A DNA stretch of 63,999 bases, counting the filler, from Folioceros fuciformis (Eukaryota), in the NCBI GenBank assembly GCA_049999805.1. It is 10 parts of 10 records of this genome, joined end to end, with 100 filler letters (N's around TTAATTAATTAA, not from the genome) between each part and the next. Parts side by side here need not be neighbours in the genome. Positions count along the whole stretch, not along the records: positions 10,417 to 15,400 come from JBNGIO010001608.1; positions 15,501 to 20,585 come from JBNGIO010001609.1; positions 20,686 to 34,651 come from JBNGIO010001610.1; 7 more parts are not named here. The stretch is one strand, 5' to 3'. Positions 10,488 through 23,578 of this stretch are shown here, piece after piece (within the stretch, counting starts at the first letter, position 1; each line of letters opens with the position of its first letter). A model generated the notes under the pieces. It was not told where the DNA came from, did not search any database, and worked only from the letters and a program-made list of their open reading frames with translations. The translations under genes were made by a program, and so were the position numbers.

Positions 10488-13400
10488 ATGAGGAATCTCG
10501 CAGTCGTGATTGAGCAGGCGGCGCAGGTCAGGTTGGGAAGCTTGGAGGAGAAGCTTGTCGCTGCAGCCTATGATTCGCACCATGGACGATACTTTTTTGC
10601 TTCGGATGCCTGCACTGTGTACTGCTTGCCAGGAGATGGTTCTTCTGAGGTACGGTTTTGTTGCTTTGGTTGGGGTTCCAGAGTGTGGTGTCTGGGTGAT
10701 TGACGGATAATTGCGTTGCCATGTCAGGCAGTGTGGAGTGTGTCGCTGCTGGGCCCGCAGGAGAGCTGTGAGGTGCTGGACTTGCAGGAGGGGGATAGGG
10801 TGATAGGGCTTGAGTATGTGGTGGAAGAAGAGGCGTTGTTGGTGGCGATCGAGGCTGGGGATTTGCTGCTTCTCCGGCTGCCCGCGAGAGAGGTGGAAGT
10901 GGTAGGGCGGGTGGACGGAGGCCTTGTCAGCCTCGCTGCTAGTCCGGATGGGGATTTGCTGGCGTTGGCAACGGGTTTGGGACGGGTGCTTCTCATGACG
11001 CAGGATTGGGATGTGCTTTACGAGATTTCTGTGGACCAAGCCAGTGGCGATGCTGCTGTGAGTGAGTCTCTGCAGTGATTTTGAGGTTGGATAGGTTTTC
11101 AGGGAATTTGATTTGAGGCGGGGGTTCTGAAAGTCGGGTGGTGTGAGGTGACTGCAGGGGAAAGTTGACGGTGGTGCAGATGGCAAGGGGCTGTCTGGAG
11201 GTGGGGTACAGATGAGCTGGCGTGGGGATGGGAAGTACTTCACGACTTTGGATTCTAGAGGCGCAGGGGATTTGAAGATCTGGGAAAGAGAGACTGGCGT
11301 ATTGCACGCATGTGGTGAAAAGAGCGAGCTTCCATTGACGGCCGTCGAATGGTGTCCCTCGGGTGCAAGAATTTGCAGTTCTTGTACCAGGACGAGCATA
11401 GGGAGATCGCCTGGTGTGGTCTTCTACGAGAAGAATGGGTTGACAAAGGAAGGGTTTGACGTTGTCGGCCCTCCTGAAGCATGGGTTGATGCACTTAGGT
11501 GGAATTGTGACTCCAGTGTCTTGGCTTTGGTGCTGAGATGTGGTGATTGGGATGGAGTTCAAGTTTGGAATTGCAGGAACTATCACTGGTATCTGAAGCA
11601 GGAGTGGCGCTTTTGTGGGAGAGACTGTGTTCAAATATTGTGGGATCCTGAGAAACCTTTGCGGCTGATTTGCTGGACGGGTTCGGGAAAAGTGCATACT
11701 CTCGATATGTGCTGGAAAACTGCTGTGCTCTGCGGCAGTCTGGCATTTGTCATCGATGGCAAAGATCTCCTGGTCACACCTCTTGCTCTAACTTTAATCC
11801 CTCCACCCATGGCCCTTTTTAAACTGAGATTTCTGGCTCCAATCCAGACTGTCTGTGTGAATGTTCGCAGTTCAAGCAAGACTTTGATTGCTACATATCT
11901 ATCAGATGGGAACCTAGGTATGGTGACCTGCCTGGGTGTTGATGAGTGGGTTGAACTTGAAGATCATGTCTACTCTGCTCATGTTGTTCAGCATGCACCC
12001 TCTTTTCCTCCTCTTGGTCGCCTACGACATCTGCTATGGCTTTACGATGATACTTTACTTGGAATCCAGCTCTGTGATACCGCGACAGTGGTTGGAGATG
12101 GATCCGTACAAGAGTATCAGAATACTGATGTGTTTGTGGAGCTCAAACTTTCAGCAGCAGGAAGTGTGCATAGCCGCAGTACCATGGACCTGGGGAATTG
12201 GTCTTTGAGTGCAGTCAAGCGAGTCCCTGCAGATCAGAAAGTTGTAGCTATGGTTGTTGCAGATGCATACCAGAGAAGTGGTCAGGAGCAGGCATCGAGC
12301 ACAATTTTCATTCAATTTGTTGATGGCTCTGTTCACTTCTACGTGACGAATGAGCAGTCTCGGAAAGCTAGTACAGTGATCAAAAGCTTTGGGAGGAGAT
12401 TTGGTTCACTCTCACTGTGGATGAATGCTATTACACTGTCTGCGAGACCTGTAGTGATTGGTCTCAGTGAGAATGGGGACCTACAAGTGGAGGACAAATT
12501 AGTTTGCAGAGTCGCTACAAGCTTTGCCTTGCATCACGGTTCTGTGGCAGGTGGGAAAGAACCTGCCGTTAACTTGGTCTACACCACAAGAGCAGATCAA
12601 CTGCATGTCACGAATATTCATGAAGTGTTAGCTCGAGACGACTCTCACGTCCAATCTCTCGTCGTCTCGCAGGTTCTTCCTGCACCCACGAAAGGCAGCA
12701 GGAGTACCTTAAAGGCTGTGCCCACAGGCACTATGAATGTGTGGGAAAGGGGAGCAATGCTGGTTGGTGTAGTCTCTGACAGAGATGCGAGTGTGATACT
12801 GCAGACTGTCCGAGGAAACCTTGAGACTTTGTATCCTAGAAAACTTGTTCTCGGTGCCATAGCATCTGCGCTAGTGGCGGAAGATTTTGGGGTGGCAATG
12901 TCATTAGTTAGGAGGCATCATATTAACCTAAATGTGATTGTGGATTACAAAGGATGGGAATCCTTCGTACCTCTTGCAAATGCATTTGTCAAGCAAGTCA
13001 ACAATCTGAGCCACATTACGGATTTTGTGTCGTCCCTAAGCAGGGACAATGTTATGCGTAGTCTTTACCAAGATCTCGTGCCAAGGGGTGAAGTAGGAGA
13101 TGAACAGGCGCGCTCTGGGAACAAGATTCAGGGAGTGCTGGCCGCTGTACGAGCTGCTGTGGCGAAAGAGCTAGCTCCCAGCCCAGCCAGGGAGTTGTGT
13201 ATTCTAACTACGCTAGCATGTGACGATCCACCTCGACTTGAAGATGCCCTCCGACTCGTCAAAAACTTGAGAGAGGGTGAAATGAATAGAGCAAACCTGC
13301 CCACAAGTTGCAATGGTGGTGATACGCCTTCACCAGAATCACTTTTACCAACGGGGTCCAAACTGGTTGCTGCTCGGGCTGTGAAACATTTGATCTGGTT

Positions 13401-14931
13401 GACAGATGCTGACAAGGTCTACTATGCTGCATTAGGGCTTTATGACCTACATCTTGCAGCTATGGTCGCTTCTGAGGCACAAAGGGATCCCAAAGAGTTT
13501 CTCCCTATTTTGGAGGAGCTGGAAGGGATGCCAGAGCCATTGATGCGTTATACCATAGACTTCCGGCTGGGCAAATTTGACAGTGCACTGGAGAATCTTG
13601 CAGCCGCAGGAGATGATCACTTTCAGAACTCCTTGAAGCTGGTACAGAAGAACCCCCAGCTCTTCCCACTCGCCCTTCAAATCTTTAGTGGGACTGGCAG
13701 GAGGCACGAGATTATGGCTGCTTGGGGAGACCATTTGATGTCAAAAGAGAAGTTTGTTGATGCTGCTGCTGCTTTCTCTGCCTCGGGGCAGCTGGATAAA
13801 GTGTTGCTTGCTTACCGTGCCGGTGGTGTCTGGGAAGGGGTTTTGTCTGTCACTACACAGCTGAGAATGACTCAGGCCCAGGTAAAAAGTCTGGCGTATG
13901 AAGTTTGTGAGGAGCTTCAGGCTTTGGGAAGGCCAGGTGACGCTGCCAAAGTTGCTCTGGAATACTTCAAGGACGTGGACCTGGCAATAAAGCTCATGGT
14001 CGATGCTCAAGATTGGAAAGAGGCTGTGAGAGTGGCCAGCCTGCACGACAGAGCAGACTTGCTGGCACAGGTTGAAAATGCTACCTTGGAATGTGCAAAC
14101 AGTCACGTCAGAGACTTTGAAGAAGGTTTGGAAAAGATTGGGAAGTACTACACTAGGTATGTGGCGGTCCGCCAAAGAAGATTGCTGTTGGCTGCCAAGC
14201 TGAAGGAGGAGACGGAGGAGGAGGAGTTGAACGATGCCGCCTCAGACACAAGCAGCACTGTCAGTGGCATCAGTGGCTTGAGTATTTACTCACGAGGGTA
14301 TGCTTCCCTGTCCATGTTGAGGCCCTCTTCTTTCCAACCTCTTCGCTCACTCCTTACGCTCATCAAAACTGCTGCACTAACGCATTTCATGTCCGCAGTA
14401 CGCCCTCAGGACCATCGGGTACTTCTATCAATCCTTCCACGAGGCCCAGCACACGCAAGCAACAGAAGCAAGCCCGACAGAAATCACGAGGAAAGCTTCG
14501 AGCTGGCAGGTAACACACTTTCGTACGAACAACTTGTTTGTCGCCTGTAAGTCTTAAATTACTTGGAGCTAACAGGTTGAATAATATCCTGCAGTCCCTG
14601 TGAAGAATTTGCTCTACTGGAGCATCTTAAAGACTTGGCCTTGTCCACACGCACGAAGGAGGAACTCGGTCGCTTGCTGCACGTGCTGCTCTTTCTTGCC
14701 CACGAAGATTTGGCCAGGAGACTGCAGGATGCTGCCTCACAATTTGCGTGCACACAGCTGGAAGCTGTGAAGCTAGCTGAGCAGAAAAGGGCCGAGGAAG
14801 AACCTCGGAATTCACAAGCTATCCCAGACAGTATGCCGTCTGTCAGCCAGGTGGAGGAAGTCAGATGGAAGTTGGAAATTTTAAGTCCACCTCACAAAAT
14901 CCAACCTGCGAGTTTTTTGTCTGTACAATAG
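10488..14931 (+). CDS. ELP1: Elongator complex protein 1 (IKI3 family), 5 exons: 10488-10649, 10728-11057, 11158-14297, 14399-14509, 14595-14931
   Basis: SPDGDLLALATG, SWRGDGKYF, VVFYEKNG, NYHWYLKQ, RGNLETLYPR, QRDPKEFLP and RGKLRAGSPCEE motifs; all GT-AG junctions keep the frame. Confidence 0.95.
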
Positions 14932-15500
14932 TGCAATAGACACAACGACTACGTAGTGCTGCGGATCCTTTTTGCACGAAACAGTGACTAGTTTTATTCA
15001 TTCGACACATCAAAGCACACGTCTCCGGTGTTCCAAATCAGCTTCCAATCTGCTGATGCGTAGGAGGTCGCACACATGCAACCAAAATGCAACAGGAGTT
15101 AGAATCCCAGCACTTCATGCACGCAGAGACGACACCGCCTTTAACTAAAAATTCTCAAGACATGGTTCAAGACATATCACAGCTCCTCAAACCTTCAAGC
15201 TTCTCATTTCCAGTGCCTGCATCACACGCATTTCCAGCTCCGCAACACCAGCGCGAACTAATTTTTGCTCCTCCATGTCTCCTAACCCTCTACACTTGAC
15301 GCACGACAACCCTAACCCTGCGACAGATTGCCAGCGAAGGCAATCTCGCTTCAATAGGGCACCCGGTCTCCCTCCTCCAACTCCCCGGCCGCCTCCAGCC
15401 NNNNNNNNNNNNNNNNNNNNNNNNNNNNNNNNNNNNNNNNNNNNTTAATTAATTAANNNNNNNNNNNNNNNNNNNNNNNNNNNNNNNNNNNNNNNNNNNN

Positions 15501-16922
15501 CTGCGGGAGGAGAGGGACTGGATGGCCAGGGAGAGGGATCGAATGGAGGAAGAGTTGGCAAAGATGGAGATTGAGAAGGAGGGGCTGGGGGTGGAGAGAG
15601 ATAGAATGGAGGATGCTAAGGAGAAGATAGAAGGTGAGCGAGATCACATGCAGGTAGAGAGGGACCGGATTCGGCGTGACAGGTATGCGATGGAGTCGAA
15701 AGTTCGAAACATCTACAAGCAGATGGAGGTGGAGAAGGCCATGGCAAGGGCGAAGTGGCAAGAGCTCAAGGGTGAGATGGATGAGATGATGACCACGAAA
15801 ACCGAGCTGGAGGCTCTGTTGCCCAAGGTGAAGGCCGAGAGAGACGAAATGGAAGCTGAGAGAGATCGGATGCGAGCCAACGTGGATGAAATGGACCGAA
15901 GGATGGCAAAATTGGGAGCACAGGAATGGGAAATGGAAGTTGAGTTGACGCAGATGAAGAAAGAGATGGTTCAAATGAAGGCTGCTTTGGTCAAGGAGGA
16001 GATTGAGAAGGTGAGCATGCAGGCCGAGCGTGACAAAATGCAGGCTGAGATAGCCGAACTTGGAGGTAAGGGAGATGAGATGGCGGCTCTGATAGATCAA
16101 ATAGAAGCTGAGAGGGGGGAGATGGAGGCTGTGTTGAGTGGAATGAAAGCGCAGATGGATAAATCAACCGCTGCCTTGGTTGAGAAGGAGGCCGAGAGGG
16201 CGAAGATGCAGGTCGATCGTGACCAGCTGCAGGGTCAGAGAGACGAAATGGAAGCTGAGAAAGAGGCGGTGGAGGCAGAGAGGGACCGCCTGGAGAGTGA
16301 GAGGGATCGGCTGGAGGTAGAGAGGGACAAGATGGAGGCAGAGAGAAACGAGATGGAGATACAGAAAAACAGGGCAGAGATCGAGAAAGAGAAGATAGAG
16401 CTTGAAAACGTCAAGCTGGAGAGCGAGCGGCAGGCTGAGAGAGAAGAATTGAAAGCCGAGATAGGTCAGCTGGAGGAAGAGCGGGATCAGATGAAAATGG
16501 AAAGCGATGAGGCGAACTCTGCCATGGATCGAATAAAGCAGCAAGAGATCGAGAGGATGAACAAGCTCCTGGGTCTCCTGGATGCCCTCAAGAACAAGCA
16601 AGCACTGCAGGAAGCAGCAGCAGCAGCGGAACGTGCAAGGTTCGAGTCGGAGAGAGCCCTCCTGGAAGCTTCAGTCCGTGATGCGGGCTTGGTTGCAGCA
16701 GCAGATCGTCTCAAACTCAAGACCGAGATAGCCAACATGAAAGCTGCAGCCCGTGCCGAACTCTCATGCAAAATTTGCATCTGCAGGCCACGCAATGTCG
16801 TGCTGTTGTCCTGTTACCATGCCCAGTACTGCAGCGAATGCATCGACGCTCACCGTAAAACGAGCGCCCATTGTCCCAGCTGCAGTGCTCCAATCCATGG
16901 ATACGTTCCCTACATAGTGTGA
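15501..16922 (+). CDS. Long coiled-coil protein with C-terminal RING-HC (C3HC4_3/IAP-BOI-type) finger, putative E3 ligase; may be 5'-truncated
   Basis: 466-aa ORF (15522-16922) of E/K/R/M heptads (MEAERDR) ending CKICICRPRNVVLLSCYHAQYCSECIDAHRKTSAHCPSCSAPI; the frame is open to the contig edge. Confidence 0.85.
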   Translation: MREERDWMARERDRMEEELAKMEIEKEGLGVERDRMEDAKEKIEGERDHMQVERDRIRRDRYAMESKVRNIYKQMEVEKAMARAKWQELKGEMDEMMTTKTELEALLPKVKAERDEMEAERDRMRANVDEMDRRMAKLGAQEWEMEVELTQMKKEMVQMKAALVKEEIEKVSMQAERDKMQAEIAELGGKGDEMAALIDQIEAERGEMEAVLSGMKAQMDKSTAALVEKEAERAKMQVDRDQLQGQRDEMEAEKEAVEAERDRLESERDRLEVERDKMEAERNEMEIQKNRAEIEKEKIELENVKLESERQAEREELKAEIGQLEEERDQMKMESDEANSAMDRIKQQEIERMNKLLGLLDALKNKQALQEAAAAAERARFESERALLEASVRDAGLVAAADRLKLKTEIANMKAAARAELSCKICICRPRNVVLLSCYHAQYCSECIDAHRKTSAHCPSCSAPIHGYVPYIV

Positions 16923-17239
16923 CCCGGACAGCAAGGTTGCTTGCATTATGGCAGCGGCTTGTTGAGCTTCTTGGAGCAGCGCCCAACAAATCTGGATCTG
17001 AAAGTTGGATGAACGAGCCTGCAGCGACGTAAGTGCATCGATCTCCTTCTGCTGCGTACGTGCATATACGTGTATATACATATGTTTGGCTCCTGGGCCT
17101 GTGTGCTGGCACAAAATCCGGGGAGTAAAGTTGGCCAGTCTTTCCAACTGTCTATCTCGCTCACGTCACGTGCTGGCTGGGTGGCAGGCTGCAGCTGCCA
17201 GCCAGTCATTCTGTCTCCAGATGTGATAGGGACTTCTTA

Positions 17240-18400
17240 CTCCACTATCTTGGAGAATCCTCAAGACGAGGGCACTCCTACCCCGTCTCTACGTTCACAG
17301 CCAAACCGAATCACTTGGAGGCATGTGGTTGAAGCTTTCAAGTCAATACGTGATTCCCACAGACCATTCCCTTGTTCCCTAATCCCGCTACCCACTTTGT
17401 GTTTCGACCGCTATTCATCTTTGGCGATGGTGATACGTCATGGTCAGTGAAGATAATAATGGACTCCTCTCCTTGAAGGTGAATCCTGTGAAGGTAGCTA
17501 ATCCGTTGATGAACTTGAACATTTCATCTGTGGCAACTGAATTTCCACCAGGTTGTGGATGTTTGTTGCTCATCAAGAGTGATTCTGTTCAGGTGGCTCA
17601 GGCCATTTTCGTCTCGGTGTGTGTCCTGGAAGTCCAAGTTCCAAAGTTCAGAGAGGGACGCTCTACTTGCGCTGTGCTTCCTGTGCAGAGGAGGAGAGAG
17701 AATCACAGGAATCGTTACAATCGGATGGAGTCTTCAGTGCAGTAAGTGAACACTCTTTGCGCTTAAAGAGAGTACTACTAGTCCTCCATTTCCAGGGTGA
17801 ATCCCTGCTGTACCAACGGAGACCATCACCTGTAGCAGGACCTGATGGCTTCGGACAGTGGGCATGAATGTTTCAAGAGAAGAGATGACTGAAAGGGAAA
17901 TCGTTTTGCACATGGGTGGTTGAAACTATGTTCACTCTTCTAGATAAAGGTGTGACTATGGTCTGCTTCCCGATACCGTCGAATCGAGGAATTCCGATTG
18001 GGTCGAAGTTGCGGGCAATCTAGATCATGGTGAGGTTCGTCATCATACGGAGGAGCTATTCCCAAACGACCACACAGCGACGAGGTTTACAGAGGGGGCC
18101 GCACCTGAAGCAGATCCTGCCTTTTCGGTTCGCTAGCTGGACGCTAAAAGATGGCCCACAAGACTCTCGGGTGAGTTGTCGACCAGACAGAGCAGATCGG
18201 AGAACAACATTGCTTGTTCCTGTGGGACCTTAACTTGTTGGCCAGTCAAGGCACAACAGTAGTTCTCCCTGGATATAGAGATTTGATGAAGCCAGAGGTG
18301 TTCTATTCGCAATGGGGATTCTATCTTCAGATCATTTCTCAAGTGGTGAAGCTGTTGGGATTGCGCAGAACTGAGGCCCACAGACTACAAGAATGACAAA
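17240..18400 (-). pseudogene. Possible decayed LRR-protein fragments
   Basis: Weak LRR-like strings (IEHLWL, IPRFDGIGK, LSHLNRITL, GVPSS*G) in shifting frames; no continuous ORF. Confidence 0.2.
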
Positions 18401-18728
18401 TCTGCAGAAGAGAAGAAATCAGGGAAAGGCAGTAGGAGCCGGTTTATGACCTTTGTAGATTACAAAATCTCAACAAGCAGACTAAGATTCACGATTGGAC
18501 TAAAGTATTTTCCTTTCGACAAGTAGATGCCTGGCGCCGTGATGTGGGGCCTTTCACAGTATCTACATGCAGCTGGGAGTCACCATGCAGCAGCGGCCCT
18601 TAGAGCATCTTGTCCCACAATCATTTCCGTCAACGGCAGCAGGGCACACGAAATGGTGAAACGCGGCGAGGTGTACAGCATCTACAATGGGCCAGATTGG
18701 TCGGGCCAGAGCAATGGTGAATCACAAT

Positions 18729-19775
18729 TCACTTGGAGAAGGTGTCAAAGATGGTAGTGTGGAGAGGGTCACTTAGGTGCGTCGCCCAGTTGTCTAGTGG
18801 CCCGGTTCCAGTGGCAGCAGCTTGCACAGCAAATCCTAAGGCGGACACCATGGCCAACCTAGCATGCTTGATCTCTGCCAGCTTCAGCACCTCCTTTTTC
18901 TCGGGATCGGCAGCCAAGCCGAGTGGATCGAAGTACTTGCCTCCCGGGTACAGACGCTTTTCGCTGTCCAGCTCCGCATTCCTCTGGAACTCAATGTAGC
19001 CGATGACCAGAACCTCGATCCACACCAATGCCGTGATGGAGAAGGGAAGGGGAAGGCCGAAGTAGGAGGAGCCGTCATCCAGCTCAACCTGCCGGGCAAG
19101 GAAGCATGGATTCACATCAGGTCAGTCTTCACCCGCTCACGCCAGGGTTGAAGTCATCAGTCTCCGAGTTTCCAAGGCAAGCAGGTCTTTCGTAAACGAC
19201 GTGAGACAGTGCCTTCGGGAAGCGAGAAGGAGCATTACCTTTCCGGCATCCTGCCATGTGACTCCAGTGAAAGCCTCCACGGCGAGAGCTCCGAGGACGG
19301 CGAGCATGGCCCATCGGCCGTGGATGAGCTCGCACTCCCTAAATCTTTGCAGGCCGAAGACCTCGCTGTAGGGTTGGAAAGGAGTAGGGTTGATGTCGGC
19401 CTTCTTGTCGAGGCGAGAGCCAATTATCTCGCCGGCCTGGTTCTTGGCCAGGTTCTGATTCAAGGAGTCCAGCTCGAATTGGAGGTATTCCGGGGGCTTG
19501 CCGAGGGAGAGCGGATCGAAGCCGTAGTCGCCGACCAGGGTGCCGTCCAGCCAGAAAGGAGCCTTGGCGCCGGGGAACCAGAGCGGGCGGTCGGAAGAAC
19601 TTCTAGACTTCCTGGCCGGGGGCTTCACCTTCTTGGTGCCACCGAAACGGGCGTACAAGCGCGAGCCATTGGAAGTGCCGAGAGCACGGCACGCCGCGGC
19701 CTCCAGCGAGCCCAGTTCCCGCCCGGCGCAGAAGGGCGATGCCAGGGATGCGGCGGCGAGAGTGGAGGCCGCCAT
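18729..19775 (-). CDS. LHCB4: Chlorophyll a/b-binding protein CP29, exons 19775-19239 and 19088-18729 (298 aa)
   Basis: DRPLWFPGA...[16 protein letters not shown]29-specific [29 protein letters not shown], and [11 protein letters not shown]; phase-0 GT-AG intron; transit peptide. Confidence 0.97.
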
Positions 19776-20317
19776 AGCCAGCCAAGAACGCGAGCTACAG
19801 CGCACGGAAAGATGCGCGTCCTTCGCTGCGTGTTGCTTCGGCGGGGACGCAGATGGAGTGGGAATGCAGAAGCGCTCGGGAGAAGGAGACTCCAGCCTCG
19901 CCCTCCCTACCCTCAACGGATAGGGTAGCCGAGGCCTGTGATTGGAGCGCGTCCAGCCGAACCAACGCTGCCATTGGCTGCCTCAATCCAATGCCGATGC
20001 TATTGCCGCCGTGAAATATAACGTTGCACACGATTATCCCTCGTTCCATGTGTGTGCTGAATATCATCGCTCATATTATCACCACTAAACCCCACCGGTT
20101 TGTTTTGTCACACAGCAAAGTTCACGCCTTCGCACTGTGGGAAGTCGGGGCAAACGAACGCACTGAGCATTTCTGTTTAGGGGCGTGTGGTGGGAGTGCA
20201 ATGTAATACGTACCGTCTTGGATGGAAAAATGCGAATGCACTGAGCATTCTGTACAGGGGCGTGTGGTGTGAGTGCAGTGCAATGCGTACCCCTCGTTGG
20301 AAGAATGAGAAGCAGAA

Positions 20318-20585
20318 GAACGAAGGAAAGAAACAACAAGCAGCTTGATACTTGAATTAAGCTCTTGTGAAAGGAAGCAATCGTCTTGATCAATGACAAA
20401 GCGGAGGCAATAAAACACAAGGCATTCAGAACAAGGATTCCAGACTCCAAATCTTAGCGAACGAAGGAAAGAAACAACAAGCAGCTTGATACTTGAATCA
20501 AGCTCTTGTGAAAGGAAGCAATCGTCTTGATCAATGACAAAGCGGAGGCAATAAAACACAAGGCATTCAGAACAAGGATTCCAGA
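20318..20585 (+). repeat. 141-bp tandem duplication running into the contig end
   Basis: Near-identical units starting GAACGAAGGAAAGAAACAAC at 20318 and 20459. Confidence 0.92.
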
Positions 20586-21887
20586 NNNNNNNNNNNNNNN
20601 NNNNNNNNNNNNNNNNNNNNNNNNNNNNNTTAATTAATTAANNNNNNNNNNNNNNNNNNNNNNNNNNNNNNNNNNNNNNNNNNNNGTCATACTCTCCTCC
20701 TGCTCCTCCTCCTCCTCCTCCCACTCCCACTCCCACTCCCACTCCTCACCTGCATCAGCTCCCGCACCAACACTGCTCACTCACACCACCCGCCGCTGCT
20801 GCATGCAACAGTGCCAGCCAGGGTCCTCATTCCCATCCCAGACTTGCTGGGCGGCATGATATACTGCCCTCCCGCACGTGAGACCTCCCTCTCATATCAA
20901 GCTACTGTAGGCCAGAGCCATTCATGTTGCTGTGCGGTGAGCATCGGGAACTGCCCACCCTCAAGTGTGAGTACATCACGCACCCAGGCTGCCAAAATGC
21001 TCCACAGTCGGCACTAAAAGAACACAGCGTGGTGATGGAGGGCACAATCGTGTGGTCCAGCTCGGGTACGGTGGCCCTTCTCTCGCCGTGCTTTGGGGAG
21101 CCATGGCACGGTCGGGGTAAAACAAGGCACGCATCATGCACCCCTCTTGTCCAGACGTTCTGTTTTCTATCTCAGGGCACGCCGGAAAACTCGCCCTCAG
21201 ACGAAATGTCATCCACAATCTGGGAGACGCCGCTGCCATGTGCAAATCTGCAACTTGTCATAAGATCACGGTCCCTCGGACTCCCGGCTTCACCATACGT
21301 GGCTGGCGGATACCATCCTTGCGCACAGGCCTGGCTCGGTCACCCCCGGACCCACCCGCAGTTTTACAAACAGTAGCCGACTTGTCATGAATCTCTACAG
21401 TACAGCCTCCATCCATTGGATTCTACCGGGACGATTCATCAACGACGACTGCCACTCGCATCATGTTCCTCCTCCGGCATGGATCCTTAAGCGCACAACA
21501 TTCTACATTGCATGATTTTTCTTTCTTTCTTTGAGATAGATCTCGCTGAAACGGACAAGGCGCAATCATGTCCACTAGAATCCTGCATCTGTTTTTTCTT
21601 TCCCTTCCTCTCAACGTTCGTGCTCCTGCATCTGTAGGTCAGTGTGCTTCCTTGTTTTTAGCAGCCGGTAGGTGGATCAATCCTACGTCCACCAAAGGAA
21701 ATGGGCGACAATAAGAATCTGTCAGGATGACTGTAAATAAAATTAATATTTGTAATATAATATACCATTTTAATTTAATCTTACCGTATTCGTAATCCGT
21801 ACATGAAAAATCATTTTTTGATTTATTTTAAAAAACGAGAGGAAACCCATCTAGCCTAGAGAGATAAATTAAAGCATGATAGGGATA

Positions 21888-22011
21888 GCTACCTTAAAAT
21901 CTAATGATTACCAATACTACTTTTTAAAGTCTAATGATTACCAATAGCAGCTACTTTAAATTCTAATGATTACTAATAATAGCTACCTTAAAGTCTAATG
22001 ATTACCAATAG
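21888..22011 (+). repeat. ~30-bp AT-rich tandem repeat, ~4 copies
   Basis: Recurring CTACCTTAAAGTCTAATGATTACCAATA-like units. Confidence 0.8.
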
Positions 22012-22277
22012 CACTTAAATTATCATGATCAAGGAGGACAAAGGGTCCATCCACCACTGGAGTTGTTAAGGCACCTCTCTTTTTCAATGTTGCCAATTGA
22101 GGTGATTCTCTTTTTCAATGTTGCCTAAAAATCAAATGACAAAACACAAACCTCACCATTCTATTATGTTTGCCTTGAGTGTTTAGGGTTTTGTCCTTTT
22201 TTTCACAAAGCAATGAAATGGGTTTTGTCCAACACAGTTTGAATGGGTTTGTGTGGCTAATATAGTTATCATCAACC

Positions 22278-22490
22278 CAACTAAGGATTTGATTTGTGAT
22301 CACGTCATCGTCCAACTAGGGACTTGATTTGTGATCACGTCATCTTCCAACTAGGGATTTGATTTACGATCACGTCATCGTCCAACCAGGGATTTGATTT
22401 GCGATCACGTCATCGTCCAACTAGGGATTTGATTTGCGATCACGTCATCGTCCAATTGGGGATTTCATTTGCGATCACACCATCATCAAC
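22278..22490 (+). repeat. 35-bp tandem repeat, 6 copies
   Basis: CAACTAGGGATTTGATTTGCGATCACGTCATCGTC consensus, units at 22278, 22313, 22348, 22383, 22418 and 22453; no unique spacers. Confidence 0.93.
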
Positions 22491-23128
22491 CCTTGATGGG
22501 TGGCAGAGGGTTGTGCGAGTGCCACAGTCCATAAGTATTCTCTTTTATGCTAGATAGGTATATTTTCATTTCCTAGTCTAAAGAGCCATGGACAAAGACT
22601 TTCAAGGTCCATGAAATAGTCATGGGAATGAGGTTCTTCCTCTTTTCTCAATGGTGGCCTTCTTTCAATAACGCATATATGGCCATTGCTTAAGAACAAC
22701 TAACATGTATCTATTGCTTTTCTCGGCTTCTTCAACTTTTATGTATCTATTGCTTCTTCTCGCCTTCTTCAGGTTTTATTATTCAGCATCAAGACATTTA
22801 GGGAGCATGAGGTACTTTTGATCATGACACATTCGAAGGGACTAGTATCTTCTGGCTTTGGCCCTATTCGAGTTGTTTCTCATCTTTGGAGTGGATTGGA
22901 TTTTTTGTCTCTTTCTCAATAATTTAAAATAATCATTTTTGTTTGCCCTTCAAGATAAATGTTTAGGGTTGATTGTGGTCCTGAAGTCTCGTCCTTTTTA
23001 TCCCCATTTGATTCCTTGGGACAGGATCAATCTTGTATCTTCTACATAGAGGGTGAAGTTGTTTCTCCACCTTTTGAGTGTTGGTGTTTTGGTGGGCCCT
23101 ACCTTTATGCAAGAGGTGGAAAGAAACC

Positions 23129-23262
23129 GCGGGCTCTTAATTCTTCTGGCACGTTCATGCATCAAAGCGGAAGCGAAAACAAGATGGGCTCTTAACTTTT
23201 TTGGCACGTTCATGCATCAAAGTGGAAGCGAAAAAAATGATGGGCTCTTAACTTTTTGGAAC
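23129..23262 (+). repeat. ~57-bp tandem repeat, 2-3 copies
   Basis: GGGCTCTTAACTTTTTGGCACGTTCATGCATCAAAGYGGAAGCGAAAA-like unit repeated. Confidence 0.75.
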
Positions 23263-23578
23263 ACCCATAGATCCAAGCTTTCCGCATTGCGTCAGCAACT
23301 TTCGAACAGGAACATCCCACAGCCACCAGAAACTCAAGGACTATGTGTGGGTGATTCACAAATTGGAAAAGCTCATCCCCACGCTATTTGGGTGGAAATG
23401 TGTGTGTATCAAGGATATATTTAGCGGTGGTTGTACCGGATGGATTCCTAGGTACCGGACACTGCGATACCTCCAGTCCTTGAGGGTTGTTGAGATCTTT
23501 GTAGAAGACAGAGCACCTACTGCAGTGCTGTTGAGGACTATTGTGACAATACTGTGACAGTATAGCAGTATTGTGACA

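Noticed and set aside
10365-11697. Long minus-strand ORFs (344 aa, 234 aa)
   Set aside because: Antisense shadows of ELP1 with no motifs.
14298-14550. C-terminus of the 1112-aa ORF as the true ELP1 end
   Set aside because: Intron read-through; splicing restores the conserved RGKLRAGSPCEE tail and ends at 14931.
15453-16795. His/Leu-rich minus-strand ORFs
   Set aside because: Mirror of the GAG/ATG-rich coiled-coil gene.
19209-19928. 239-aa + strand ORF
   Set aside because: Antisense to GC-rich LHCB4 exon 1.
22278-22490. 35-bp repeats as a CRISPR array (also 5167-5330, 39263-39451, 39906-40082)
   Set aside because: Units are contiguous with no unique spacers, there are no cas genes, and the context is eukaryotic.
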